Assembly (NCBI GenBank): GCA_043228905.1
Contig: JBHGNT010000003.1
Location: 1,116,001 to 1,180,000, forward strand
Direction of reading: 5' to 3'
DNA: 64,000 bases
Source of the DNA: Azolla caroliniana
Taxonomy: Eukaryota; Plantae; Polypodiophyta
Shown: piece by piece, positions 12,435 to 26,000 of the stretch
Layout: the number at the start of each line of letters is the position of its first letter
How positions within the stretch are numbered: position 1 is the stretch's first letter
Notes under the pieces: model-generated
What the model saw: the letters and a program-made list of their open reading frames with translations, nothing else
Database searches by the model: none
Told to the model about the DNA's origin: nothing
Position numbers and translations under genes: made by a program

Positions 12435-15196
12435 TTACGGAGAATCACTACTATAACTAATATACAATGACGATTCCTCCTCGTCATCCTCGGATGTACC
12501 AATCAGTGCATTATCTTCGTCATAAACCAAATGGTTTGACTCTAGATTATATGTAGTAGATCTCGTTTGCCTTTGACTCGAGCCACCTTGTAGACCTGAT
12601 AATTTTTCTTTTATTATATCTATTGCTGACTTCCTTAATCGTCCGGCTTTTGTAAGCGTGAAGTCGTACATGATGATATCCACATCAGAGATATCAAGGG
12701 TCGAGGTGTTACGAATGTTTCGTTTCCTCTTCCTTCGTCCCCTTCTTGTTGGGCATTCAATCATCTCCAATGTATACTTACCTGTAAAAGCATTTGCACT
12801 TCTAGTGTTGTACCAATGAACATTTATAGACTTGATCGTGTTTTCTATTTCATGCATTAGCACTTCTAGAATTTTACCAACCCAAAATTGGTGGCCATGT
12901 GAGTTCTCATCAGCCGGCGTTGCAATCACCATCCCCGCCGTGAGCTCTTGCAAATTGCCTTGCCATCTAGCTTCGGCTGCTTTGGTCATCCTTGGTCCCA
13001 CATAAATGTCTCTTTGTTGTGGATGGACCAAACTGTCATTAATCGCATTTGCTGGTTGCTTCAGAGTTTTATTTACACGATCATGTTGCAGCGACCATGT
13101 GAATGGCGTTTCCAAATTCCAATTATCACCAAATATACAATTGTCTATAATTCCTTTCTTATCACTATAAAATACATCCCACCATGACATGTCTTGTTGT
13201 GCGGCATATTTCTTGGCGGCCTCAATATACTTTCTTTTTTCTTCTAAGGCTTGGAGCCATAACCGTTTTTGTTCCGATACCAAGTCACTATGCAACTATC
13301 CTTTCTTCTCAATTGGCATTTGCTTAGCTCCATGGACAATTGTACTTGCATACAAAGTAATAACTGGCAACCACCTTCAGGTTCTCATGTTGTAGAAGAT
13401 GAATATTGTTTAGCATACAAAAGTGTAGAACCACTTATTTCATTTTTCTTTATCATAAAAATATGATTGAAGCTTATATTGTTTAACTTGGCGAGCACTT
13501 TAACATTCCCAACACCCCCATCTGATATATATCTCTTAAAGTCATATACCTCCTTCAAGTGTAACACTTTTGGGCGTGGTGTATATGCATCACAAATGAC
13601 ATCAAATAGTTTAGGTAATGTGAAAGCATCATGCCGAGACAACTGTCTGGAGAATGTGCTAAACATCTGAATTATATGGTAATTTGTGTGGCCAACCAAA
13701 AGAAAATTGACTTTCACTTTTCTAAACAATCCTTGGTTGACCAACATACTTAGATAGCCAAACACAGTTGAATTTTTGTTCTCTCTAGCAGTATTGTCCA
13801 ATTGAATGTATAGAACAGGGGGGAAAGGTTGGCCCCAAGACATCAAAACTCGGTGAATCACTGTAATTGTTAGGTTAGGGTCATTGTGAACATTGGGGTA
13901 TGTAATGAAGACGTGAGGTCCAACAGACCTATTATAAGCTAAGCATCCCACAAAGTGCATTTGAACAAGGCACTCATCATTGACGTCTTTGGGGAGCCTC
14001 CGCATATGCGGCAAGCACGTCTTCTTCTGGTCCATGCCATCTATCATTAAGCACATGTATTGTTTGGGCCTCTTCAAACACTTATCTCTATGATGCATCG
14101 CCTTCTTTCGTTCTAACGATTGTGCCTCACGATGCTCTTGTAGTAACTTCTTACTCATATCCTTTTCCATTGATGTCTTTGCACCTTTAGCCAAACTTTT
14201 AAGATTTGCACAAATGGAGCAATACCCCATGCGTACTTTACGTGGAATGATAACATTTGAAAACTGAGCTCTCCATAATCTTGTGAATTGGCTATATGTG
14301 AGAGACTTATTACATGAACCCACCATATCAAATCGATAGACATCATAAACTTCCCGACGTGTGTAATTATCAGAGAGGTGCATCCTACCTGTAGTGGGCA
14401 TTACTTCACAATTTAACTGAAAGTAAGTTTTCATCCAACCAATAGCATGTCTTCCAGTTGCACCTTTCATACTTGGAACCTCTTTACAATTGAGCATCTG
14501 ATCCCCGCTAAGTAGACGTTGTTGTACTCTATGTAGCCGCATGTTACTAACACATAACACAATTTTGAATGCAACTCTACATATCTGTTGTGCATGGAAG
14601 ATATAATACTCGAATGATACTTTGATCCCCGTACATTTGTCAAACACTAGTTGCATATGTGACCCGGGGTAAGTGTCTTGCTCATCACCAGTCATCGAAA
14701 AATAGTATCGCCTTAATTCTCGCAACTTTGATTTTCCAATCATAGACATACAACCACGGGCACAACATATTTTTTTGACATCAAATCCAATCTGTTTGTC
14801 TGATGTCACCAAGCGTGGGATTCTTCTAATATGCATAGGGCTTCCAAATTTCTCTTCCTACATAGAAGTTGGTGTAACCTTGTTACTATCTAATTCTTTG
14901 TTGTGACCATCGCCCATGATATTTGATGTTTCATTGGCACTATCTTCATTCTCCGTATCTTTATTAATATCGTATTCTTCAATAGAGAACTCTTCACATG
15001 TGTCATTATTCACATTCGTTGTAGGTGAAGATGAGCTCAGACAATACTCTTCGATAGAATATGGTGAGTCTGCTGACAGACAATATTCTTCAATAGAAAA
15101 TGGTGAGTATGTCGACAAACAATACTCTTCGGTAGAAAACGAAGAGTCTGATGACAAACAATATTTTTCAATCGAGAATGGTGAATCTTCACTCAT
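12435..15196 (-). pseudogene. Sola1-like DDE transposase, disrupted
   Basis: ORFs 14858-15196, 13385-14836 and 12435-13295 are joined by stops and one frameshift. Motifs: ICRVAF, CEVMP, FTRLW, CSIC, LMIDGMDQKK, LYIQLDNTARENKN, FLLVGHT...QMFS. The third catalytic-Asp region has degenerated to GHTNYHIIQ. Confidence 0.8.
14970..15190 (-). repeat. 39-bp coding tandem repeat (SPFSIEEYCLS-type, 13 aa) at the transposase N-terminus
   Basis: Four to five copies are visible in ORF 14858-15196. Confidence 0.8.
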
Positions 15197-15976
15197 GGCT
15201 TAAGGTCCACACTGAGCTCTTTAAGTTATGTGCTTAGGCTAACATAAAAAACGGATAAGCTCCTCTCTAAACAGAAGCTCCCTCAATATAATGTCTATAT
15301 TATTTAATATTATATTAATACAATACATAAAGATATTATTTTTAATATAATAATTGTATTCAACATATTAATAATTACTTAAACTAGTCTGTATAAAGTT
15401 AAATCAAGTATAATATAATTACAATCATTACCAAACCATATATATGTTGGATTAAAGTTAAAATCATTGGTTAATGAATGGCACCCATATTTAATATAGA
15501 ACTTCTCAGTCATTGGTTCATTCATGCCCACCATTTTAAATATAAGACTTTTCAATCATTGGTTCATTCATGCCCACATCTTTAATACAAAGCAATTAAG
15601 AGTCATAAAAATGTTGCTTTGAGTAATCAATCATTGAACCACCTCTATCATTGTTTCCTTCATGACCTTCAAAGTCATTGTATGTTATTTTGACTATAAA
15701 ATAATCATCAATATGTTAGTTTGACTTTGTAATCATTGATGCAATCATAAGTAACTCTGGTTAAAGTGATTGTGGTTACTAACTAACTAACCTCAAGCTT
15801 GCCAACCCTGGTTAAAGTGACGATGGTTACTTTAACCAATGTGGTCAATCCCTATAAATAGGAAGACCTCATCATATTTCAATCACACGAAGCACAAGAG
15901 CACATAGAGCAAACAGAGCACACAGAGCACGAAGCACGAAAGCGAGATCTCCGCCTAAACATCGACAAGATCAACC
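15197..15976. promoter_or_regulatory. Putative bidirectional promoter between transposase and methyltransferase
   Basis: Head-to-head ATGs at 15196 (-) and 15977 (+). TATAAATA at 15853-15860 is followed by a GAGCAC-repeat 5'UTR-like tract. Short direct repeats (TCATTGGTTCATTCATGCCCAC; CTGGTTAAAGTGA). Confidence 0.6.
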
Positions 15977-16059
15977 ATGTCTTCAAAGAAAATCGAGCGC
16001 CAGGACTCTAGGTAAGCCTCTAACACTATGGACATTTTTGTAAATATGTTTTAGCACTC

Positions 16060-16450
16060 AGGATCTCGATACGGCATATTGAGTTCTTGTTTGAAGTTTA
16101 GGTTTTATATAGGAACTCGATACGCCGTATCGAGTTCCTGTATAATGTTTGTGTTTTATACAGGAACTCGATACGGCGTATCGAGTTCCTATATTATGTT
16201 TGTGTTTTAAATAGGAACTCGATACGGCGTATCGAGTTCCTATATGGCGTATCGAGCTCCTGTATTATTATGTTTGTGTTTTATACAGGGACTCGATACC
16301 TGTATAAAGTTCTTGTTTTATACAGGAACTCCATACACTGTATCGAGTTCCTGTGTAAAGTATGTGTTTGATACATGAACTCGATACATCGAGTTCATGT
16401 ATAGACACGAACTATATACAGGAACACGATACAACGTATCGAGTTCCTAT
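16060..16450. repeat. Array of palindromes AGGAACTCGATAC-N3-GTATCGAGTTCCT in MTase intron 1
   Basis: About seven full and two half copies at ~50-bp spacing, joined by repeated TGTTTGTGTTTTATAC-like linkers. Confidence 0.9.
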
Positions 16451-16795
16451 ATAAAACACACAATTTAAAGAGGAATATTGTGTCTTTGGGGCAACAATTT
16501 AGTATTGTGTGAAAAGATATCAAATTTTCTGTCAAAATCAGACTTTTTTTATGGAGATTTGCCATATTTTGTAACAAATAGGGGCCTTAATTATAAAGGT
16601 TTTATGACCTAGTATAGCTTAAAATAGTAGAAAATAACCCACAAATTACCTTTACGATACCAAATTCAAGTCTATCATATGCAAATTCTCTAGAATATGG
16701 ATATGAAATTAATATAAGCCATACCTACCCTTCAAGATAATATATATCATTGTATACTTATTAAGATATATATTTGTTGGGAGACACGTCCCTTC

Positions 16796-17032
16796 GGATG
16801 GTGCAGACCCGGTGAGAACCGGATGAGGAGTACCCGGCTATGGAGAGCCGGATGGTGCAGACCCGGTGAGAACCGGATGAGGAGTACCCGGCTATGGAGA
16901 GCCGGATGGTGCAGAACCGGTGAGAACCGGATGAGGAGTACCCGGCTACGGAGAGCCGGATGGTGCAGACCCGGTGAGAACCGGATGAGGAGTACCCGGC
17001 TACGGAGAGTCGGATGGTGCAGACCCGGTGAG
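16796..17032 (+). repeat. 54-bp tandem repeat (~4.5 copies) in the 5' LTR
   Basis: Unit GGATGGTGCAGACCCGGTGAGAACCGGATGAGGAGTACCCGGCTAYGGAGAGCC; 18-aa periodicity in the ORF track. Confidence 0.92.
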
Positions 17033-17533
17033 GAATGCTTATCGGATGAAGAGACATATTTGTAAATATGTTTCTGAGAGTCCATCGTGGCTACATTTGT
17101 AAATAACCGAAAAGTCATATTAGTATAAATATGACTTAGGGCAACCTTTTAGATAGTGGTTGTTATTTCTTGTTGGTGCAAGAAGAAGAGGGAGCGCGTA
17201 ACAGTGTACAGAGAGAGAGAGAGAAAGAGGTCGTTGCCTCTGTTGTAACCGCCGCTTGTGGCGAAGATCGTGAGCACGAGGTCGTTGCCTCCGTGAACTC
17301 ACTGTTGTACATTCTAACATAGTGATAGTTTGCAGCTTGTGGGCTGCCGTGGTTTTTCCCTTAGTTTGGGTTTTCCACGTAAACATCCTGTGTACATTTT
17401 TCTTCTCCTTTGTGTCGCGTGTTTTCCGTTTCCTGTTTTCTGTGTATGATTCTAAGCTCGGTTGTGGCCGAGCATTGTGCATAAGGAGCGTTGAGTTCCC
17501 GTCAAGTGGTATCAGAGCGAAACGACACAGAAA

Positions 17534-20500
17534 ATGGACGAATCGTTTGGTGGCATGTTCAAGCTCACCGGCTCCAACTATTCAGTGTGGAAGTCGAAGA
17601 TGAGGGACATGCTCGTGGTTAAAGACCTCTGGCTACCGGTTCAGTTCGGGGACAAGAGACCGGACAAAATCGACGCTGCGATATGGGAGGTGATGCACAT
17701 GAAGACAACGGCGTACATACGGTGCTTCAGCGACATGAGCCTGTACAACAACTTCAATGAAGAGAGCAAGGCTCATGAGCTCTGGGAGAAGATCGACATA
17801 ATGTTTCAAAACAAAAATGTTGTTAATCAGGTTTCGGTATTCCGGAAGCTAGTAAGACTCTGGTACCAAGATGGCTCCAGCATGGCGGAGCACATGAATG
17901 CCTTCCAGGGGCTGATCCACCAGGCAACTTCATTGGAAGTACCTCTCGCCGATGAGGTACTTGCGCTACTCCTGCTCGGTTCCCTCCCGGATAGCTGGGA
18001 GACGTTGGTTGTCACTTTGGGCAACGCTGGGCCGGAAGGAAAGCGGTTATCCCTAGCGAGAGTAAAGTCGAGCTTGCTAGATGAGGAGGCGCGTTGGAAG
18101 GATAAAGATACGAGCTCCGACTCCAAAGCGCTCCTTACCGAATCGGAACGCGGAAGACATAGAAACCGTAGTCCCCAGAACCGGGAGAAGTCGGGGACAC
18201 GGTCAAAGTCAAGGGGGAGGCCTACTTGCTTTTGTTGCGGCAAGCCGGGACACTTCCAAAAGAACTGTCAGCATTTCCGAAAAGACAAGGAAATCGACGG
18301 TACCGATTCGAAGCGGACCCCGGACCGGAACGGTAAAGACCGGAGGGGGCCGGACCGGAAGGGAACAATGGAAATCGTGGCAAGCGAAGAAGAGTTGATG
18401 CTCATCACCGAGGAGAGTGAGATAAACCTTGCCGACGACAAGACGACTTGGGTGGTAGACTCCGGAGCGTCATTCCACCTTACCCCGGACCGAAAATGCT
18501 TCTCATCCTACTCAACCGGTGATCATGGCTGTGTCCGGATGGGGAATGAAGGTACATGCCGAATTGTCGGCATAGGAGACGTGTGGTTGACAACACCAAC
18601 CGGATGCAAGATGTTGCTGAAGGATGTCTAACACGTTCCGAAGGTTCATCTGAACCTGATATCAGCCGGTCAGCTAGATGATGAAGGCTACACGGTTAGC
18701 ATCCAGAACGGTGTTATGAAGTTCAGCAAAGGGAGCCAGGAAGGTAAACACGTTGTACATGATGAATGCCTGGTTATGTCCGGAGGAAGTGAACGTGGCA
18801 TCCGACACTGCCGGTAAGCTGTGGCACATGGGCGAGAAGGGGATGAAGAGGCTTTTAGATGACAACCTCATTCCAATGAAGAACGTGCACTTGGAGAAGT
18901 GCACTGATTGCCTGGCCGGTAAGCAAAACCGGACCTCCTTCTGACCAAGGCCACCGATGAGACGTAATGCACCATTGGAGTTGGTGCATACTGATGTGTG
19001 TCAAGTGGACACGAAGTCACATGCAGGATCGCAATACTTCGTGACGTTCATAGATGACCACAGCCGGAAGCTGTGGGCCACACCGTTGAAGACGAAGGAT
19101 CAGGTGTTATCCGTCTTCAAAGAGCTCCACCCGAGAGTGGAAAGAGAAACCAACTGGAAGCTGAAGGCGGTTCGAGCAGATAACGGAGGAGAATACCGGG
19201 GGCAGTTCGAGGAGTACTGCCGCTCGAAGGGAATCCGGCTCGAATTTACCGTGCTGAAGACGCCGGAACTAAACGGACTGGCCGAGAGGATGAACCGGAC
19301 CATAATGGAGAGAGTCCGAAGTATGCTAGCGCATGCAAAACTACCCAAGAAGTTTTGGGCTGAGGCACTGTCGACGGCGACATATGTGATAAATAGATCA
19401 CCCTCAGTACCCTTGGACGGAGACACGCCACAGAGAGTGTGGACTGGTAAGGAAGTATCCTACCGTCATCTGAAGGTGTTCGGGTGTCTCGCGTACGTGC
19501 ATGTAGCTAAGGACCGGAGAGGAAAGTTAGATCCAAAGACCCGGCCATGCATATTCCTTGGTTACGGTGACAATCAGTTCGGCTACCGAGTGTGGGACCT
19601 GGTCAACAAGAAGGTATTCCGGAGTCGAGATATTATCTTCATGGAGGACAAGACGCTCGCCGACTGGGAGTCGGAGAAGAAGATAATGAACTCCGAGTCG
19701 ACCGGTAAGGATCGATTCTACGATGAGCAGACCGAACCGGCGAGAGACCGGTTAGCACTCGAAGAACCAGCCGGATACGGTGAGGATACCGAACAGGCTG
19801 AAGAAGAAGTAGAGGAAGCCGAATCCGGAACCGGCCAAGACCCCGAATCGGATTCGGATGAAGAGCAAATGGAGGAGCCGGTTAGCGAAGCCCGAAGACG
19901 GAGATATCCTCTCAGAGAGAGAAGGGTCCCCCGGAGATTTCCGGATGCAAAGCATGTTCTGCTGACCGATGAGGGGGAGCCGGAAAGCTTCGAAGAAGCG
20001 AAGGATGACACCCACAGCCGCAAATGGTTAACCCATGCATGATGAGATGGATTCCCTGCATGAGAACCATACGTACAAATTGGTGGAGTTGTCGAAAGGA
20101 AAGCGGGCACTCCGAAACAAGTGGGTGTACAAGTTGAAACTGGGAGATGCCAGCAACCCCGCGAGATACAAAGCCAGGATCGTGGTGAAGGGGTTCCAGC
20201 AGAAGAAGGGCGTGGACTTCAACGAGATATTTGCCCCGGTAGTAAAGATGACCTCCATCCGGACGATGCTGAGTATAGCGGCAAGCATGGACCTCGAGGT
20301 AGAACAGCTGGACGTGAAGATGGCATTCCTTCACGGCGACCTCGATGAGGAGATCTACATGCAGCAACCGGAGGGATTTGTGGAGAAAGGGAAGGAGCAC
20401 CTGGTATGCTGGTTGAAGAAGAGCCTCTACGGGTTGAAGTAGGCCCCCCGGCAATGGTACCGGAAGTTCGACTCCTTCATGGCCAATCAAGGGTACCACA

Positions 20501-21546
20501 AGACGCAGGCCGATCACTGCATGTTTGTGAAGACGTTTGAAGGAGGCGACTTCCTGATACTCCTTCTGTACGTGGATGACATGTTGATCATCGGACGGGA
20601 CCAAGTCAAAATACGGATGCTGAAGAAGGCTCTCAACCGGACCTTCTCAATGAAAGACTTGGGTCCGGCAAGACAGATGCTGGGGATGCACATCATTCGG
20701 GACCGGTCAAACAAGCAATTATGGTTGTCACAGGAGAAGTACGTGACAAAGGTGCTTCACCGGTTCAACATGTCAGATGCGAAACCGGTCGGATCGACAC
20801 TTCCGGCAAACTGCAGGTTATCCGGTAAGCAAAGCCCGAAGACGAAAGCAGAGAAGGCAGATATGATGAAGATTCCATATGCCTCTGCCGTCGGGAGCTT
20901 AATGTACCCGATGGTGTGTACCCGACCGGATATAGGATACGCAGTCGGAGTGGTGAGCCGGTTCATGAGCAATCCCGGCAAGGAGCATTGGAACGCAGTC
21001 AAATGGATACTCCAGTATTTGAAGGGCACTTCAAATATGTGTCTCCGATTCGGCTTCAGAAAACCCCAAGTTGACGGTTTCACCGATTCGGACATGTCGG
21101 CTGATGTGGATACCAGCCGGTCTACATCCGGGTATGTAATGACATATGCAGGGGGAGCTGTTTCGTGGCAGTCGAGGCTGCAGAAGACGGTTGCATTGTC
21201 AACCACGGAGGCGGAGTACATGGCAGCTGTGGAAGCCGGCAAGGAAATCTTATGGATGAAGGACTTCATCGGAGAGCTCGGTATCCGGCAAGAAGAATAC
21301 CGGCTCTATTGCGACAGTCAAAGTGCCATCCATCTTGCTAAGAATGCGGCCTACCATTCCCGGACGAAGCATATCCAGCGAAGATATCACTGGATCTGGG
21401 AAAGAGTAGATGACCAGGAGTTCGCACTGACGAAGATCCACACGACCGAGAACGGGTCAGATATGCTGACCAAAGTTCTGATACCCGACAAGCTGGATGC
21501 ATGCCGGAAGAGGATCAGACTAGTAAGACACCCCATGGCGGAGTGA
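17534..21546 (+). pseudogene. copia gag-pol (gag, PR, GAG-pre-integrase, IN, RT, RNase H) with stops and frameshifts
   Basis: CFCCGKPGHFQKNC, WVVDSGASFH, LELVHTDV...DNGGEY...NGLAERMNRT, QLDVKMAFLHG, LLYVDDML, DSQSAIHLAKN...DMLTK. Confidence 0.95.
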
Positions 21547-21972
21547 AGGGGGAGTTTGTTGGGAGACAGGTCCCTCCGGATGGTGCAGACCCGGTGAGAA
21601 TCGGATGAGGAGTACCCAGCTACGGAGAGCCGGATGGTGCAACCAGATGTTTTCTGTGTATGATTCTAAGCTCGGTTGTGGCCGAGCGTTGTGCATAAGG
21701 AGCGTTGAATTCCCGTCAATATTTTCTAAGTTGAATAGCCCTTACTAGAATGGATTTCTGAATAAAGGACTACCATGTTCACTCAATGCATGATTGATAT
21801 TTATAGTTTACCACAAATCGCTTGCTAGTTTTTGACTTCGTCTAATTATGTGTATTTTAATATACAACCTTAATCTACATGACCACCTAAGTTATGTTTT
21901 CACATGTCCTTTCTTAAATAGGTCGTTTGACAACTTGTCAGACCGACCTATGAAGAAGATAAAGCTCCGCGT

Positions 21973-23053
21973 TGTCGTGAAGATTTTCGGCAATAGTGTG
22001 AAAATCCCATAAAACGTACGAAATCGAGTAAGAATCACATAATATAATAATTGTGAAGATAACATTTTTAATATCTAAGTACAAAATGATGGAGGTTTCA
22101 AATGCACTTTATTACACGAGAAATGGACAACTAAATGTCAAGATATGAGGGTATAAAGTTTGTGAAAAGAAAAGAGAAAATTGTGAGATATCCCACATAG
22201 GCACGACAAATACGGCTCTCATCATATATAAGGTGGAGCAAAAGATATTATCTTTGTGTCTATGTGTGGAGCATAGAGAGTTCAAGGTAACTTGAACTAA
22301 GAGTGAAGGTGGGCTAGCTACTCGTAAAGGGTTTTGGCCAACCAAAACCGGACCGGCGATGGAGACGGTGAACCGACGGCATCCGGCGACGGCACCGGCA
22401 TCCGGTGACAGCAACTGACGGCATCCGACGACGGCACCGGTAACTGACAACATCCGGTGACGGCATCCGGCGACTATATAAATAAATATATAAATATATA
22501 TACAAATATACATATACAAGGAGGGGAAGTAGGGATTCAAACCTTGCACCTCCGAGTTATGAGTCAATTGGCTTACCATTAAGCCATGCTATTTAGTTGA
22601 AATTATATTTCTATCATTATACTTTTACATGTAAATTCTCATACATGAGAGCTAAAATGAGTGACATGGTTATCATGCACCACATGTAATACATAAGCGC
22701 CAAATGGCAAACATGCAATTTATGCATGTCTTGTACCCTCACATACATCATATGCATGAGAGCATCTATAAAAGAAGGAAGGGGGAGGAGAAAAAACACG
22801 GTTTTTTTTATGAAAATTAAGAGGAAGAAATTCGTTATCAAATTGATCGTGTAACTTGTTTGTTAAATCTAAAGTTAAAACTTCAATCAATCTCTCTCAA
22901 TCGTGTGATCTCAACTTCTCTCTTTCCCAATCTATCTTAAGTACTTTCTCACTAAAGCTTACGCCAAAGCTTGTACCGACTTTGAATCCTTCCGATCCAG
23001 AACCCCAGCGGTTCCACCTCACGATCCGCGCGTAGTGACGGATCTTCACGACA
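21973..23053. mobile_element. Solo LTR (TGTCGTGAAGA family) inserted in MTase exon 2
   Basis: Termini TGTCGTGAAGAT / ATCTTCACGACA and a 4-bp TSD GCGT. Removing it restores the frame KIKLRV|QGSPIES. An inverted homolog lies at 51137-52091. Confidence 0.88.
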
Positions 23054-26000
23054 GCGTACAGGGCTCTCCAATTGAAAGCCAGAACCTAATAGCTCCCGAG
23101 AACATGAAGAGAGGAAAAAAGTTTCTCTTCAACAAGGAGACAAAATCTCAACCACCCAATGAGGTCAGCCAAAAGAAACTATTAGTAGCTATTGGTGGTG
23201 AAGACCTTCCTGACCGTGATCTAACGGACAAGGAATGGTGTATGCAATACGTCGACTCCAAGAAAAAATTTGTGTTGTATACAACAAAGAAGAAGGGCGA
23301 GGGGCAGCTTGAAAATGAAACCCCATTTATGTATGGTCGTATTCTATGATTTGACTACGAAGATTCAGATTCGGCCAACATACTTGTAATGATAGAGTGC
23401 TCTAAGGGGGTACGTAAAGTGTTCCTTTCTAAAGATCTTCTAGTAAAGGAATCTTCTGGGCCAGAAGCTTTCAAAAAAGATCTAGAAAGCTCACAAAACC
23501 TTATTGTTACCTTGAGGACTTATATACAAGGCCATGTAACTCTAAGGGAGCCATTGCCCTCCCTAGTAAAGGCCCCGAAAAGGGCATCTAAAGTACAATC
23601 AAGACCACCCAAAAAAGAAGACCATTAAAATGTCGAACTCTGATTCATCAAGCTCAAATGAAAATGAGGACACTAAGGGGACGCCAGGAGTTGAGCTGGC
23701 ATCGGGTGTGTTGTCATCCGAGCAGAATAAGATATGGAGAGAGTTAATGCAGTGTAAACTGGTCAGGAAAGGGAAAGTGTTTAATTTGCCTATAACACAC
23801 ATCCATCGGCCCCCTATTGATGAAAACACAGGACGAAGACCACTTGAGATTAGAGAGCCACACCGAATGCATGTTCAAAATCTCAAGAAAAAAATGAAAA
23901 TTAATCCACATGCTACCGTTGTGCCTTTTATTGTTATGGTGGATCCTGAAGAATGTGAAACCATTGAAGATTTCGATATAAGAAAGCATGATCAATATAA
24001 TTACTTTGTCATTGGTGGATCGCATTCGGTGGAGGCACGTCGACAACTTGTGAGAGAACATCCAATGACTTTCTTCTTCAAGTATGCCGAGTGCAAAATT
24101 TACGTGGGTCTCACAACTAAAGAGGCAAAGTTGTTGGCATGGGACCACAATAACGATAATGACTATAGGAAAAAAATGTCATCGATTGAGCGTATAAGGT
24201 TCTTCCACCACGAGTATTTGGACGTCAAACAAAAGTTTGGTGTGAAGCCACATCCAGGCCTACGACGTCAATGCTTGCATGAAGTCAGCATTGTGGTAGA
24301 TGATAATGTTAAGTCGGATGGTCTTCGAAAATATGAGTCTTGGTTTCAACTAGCCTTTAGAGATGGAGAAGTATGGGACCTACAAGATCAAATCTTCTCA
24401 ATGTGGGAGAATAAGGAGGTCAAGGGTCAACGACAAAAGAAATGTAAGGTAGACCCTCAAGTAGAATTAAAGTCACAAGCAACCAAGAAAATTGATTTGA
24501 CAATTGAAGAAGCGGCTGACAACATGAAGCTGTCTTTGTGGAGAGCGATGCAAGGTATTAAGGACAAGCAAGTTCTTGTGTCTGTTTTGTCAAGGGTTGT
24601 GGCCAAAGATTTAAGCGTTGAAGAACTGGTCTTTGAGTTCAATAAGTAAGTCTTTCAAATACTGATATTGAAGTCAATATGGTGCAATTGAAAGTTCTAA
24701 TCTCATTTTCTAATTTCACAATCATAAGGTGTACATGAAGATCCAAGAAGTTATGATGAAACAACTTGGATGTATAACTTGGGAACAAGTTACCGAGGAT
24801 TGTCCTCTAACGTCTTCATATAAGGCGTTATCGGAGTATTTTATTGCATTCAAGGATTGGGTTAGTATTGGTGGTTTTTCATTAACCTTTCATCATATGT
24901 AGAGGTTGTATAATAAAACTTCATGTCCTATTGCTTCTATTAGAAACCATGTCATGGCAAGAAACAAGGAGAAGTTAAGGATATACACGATTTCCCGACA
25001 TCCTTCCTTGCACATCTCGAGAGAGCCAGAAAAGAAAAGGATCGTCGCTTAGTCAAGGCATACGAAATGGAGGAAGATGGCTCCTTCAAAAAATTTAGCC
25101 ACAAAAAAGATATTACGAGAGATCTTTACTACAATGTGTTTTGCGGCGATGTCGTTGACATGATCGAAAAAGTGCCAAAGAAGGAATATACGCTAATGAT
25201 TGCGGATATTCCTTACGGATTTCGAATGGCAAGGTCATCATACGACGATGAATCGTTTAGGTTTAAACAATTGGAGAAGATGGTCAAGGATTTTGTTGAG
25301 CTAACGACTGCATCCTTGTGGAGAATAGTTGTCTTTCATAGTATGGACCAAGGGTACTTGGTAGCTCAAGCTTTGAGATCACGTTGCCATGGCATCGAGA
25401 ACCTTGCATGGTAAGGATTATTTATAGGTTTCATTCACTATATTGCCTTTCTTAAGATTGTTCAATCTATTCTTAACTCGATGTAATATTTGTTATAGGA
25501 TAAAAACCAATGTAAATAGAGGGCCAACCTTTCGGTTCGTTAATGCCATTGAATACATCACGGTTGGCTACTTCGATGAAATTAAGAAACAAAGAATCAA
25601 GGAGCATTCTAATGAAGTGGGAGGTTCAAATCTGCTGGTATATCCAACAGTGACACGGAAATTGCGACATGTCACCACAACAGAACGGGGACTTGTTAAC
25701 CCATACCAAAAACCTCAACGACTTATGATGCGCTTGATCGAGATGTTTTTTGTCGAAGGAGACTGGATATTAGATCTCTTTTCTGGCACAAGTATTCCTC
25801 AAACTAGGGTAACGATCTTGAGATAACCAATACTGAATCTTTTTTGTTTGAGAACTAATTCTTCTTGTTACTTTCTTCACAGGAACGACGTCTACATGTG
25901 CATTGAAGCTCTTTAGAAACACAGTTGCATTGGAGAAGGACGAAGAGCAGGTTATATTTATAAACATGAGGATTAAGGCTTTGTGGGAGTGCCTAGACCA

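Larger units (their letters stand above)
16775..21718 (+). mobile_element. Full-length Ty1/copia LTR retrotransposon inserted in MTase intron 1
   Basis: 5' LTR 16775-17504 (TG..CA), Met PBS TGGTATCAGAGC at 17507, PPT GAAGGGGGAG, internally deleted 3' LTR 21557-21718, 5-bp TSD ATATT. Confidence 0.95.

Noticed and set aside
16060-16450. CRISPR-like array of palindromic ~29-bp repeats
   Set aside because: The spacers are themselves repeated rather than unique, there are no cas genes, and the context is a eukaryotic intron.
16747-17118. Repetitive 18-aa ORFs
   Set aside because: Artefact of the 54-bp LTR tandem repeat.
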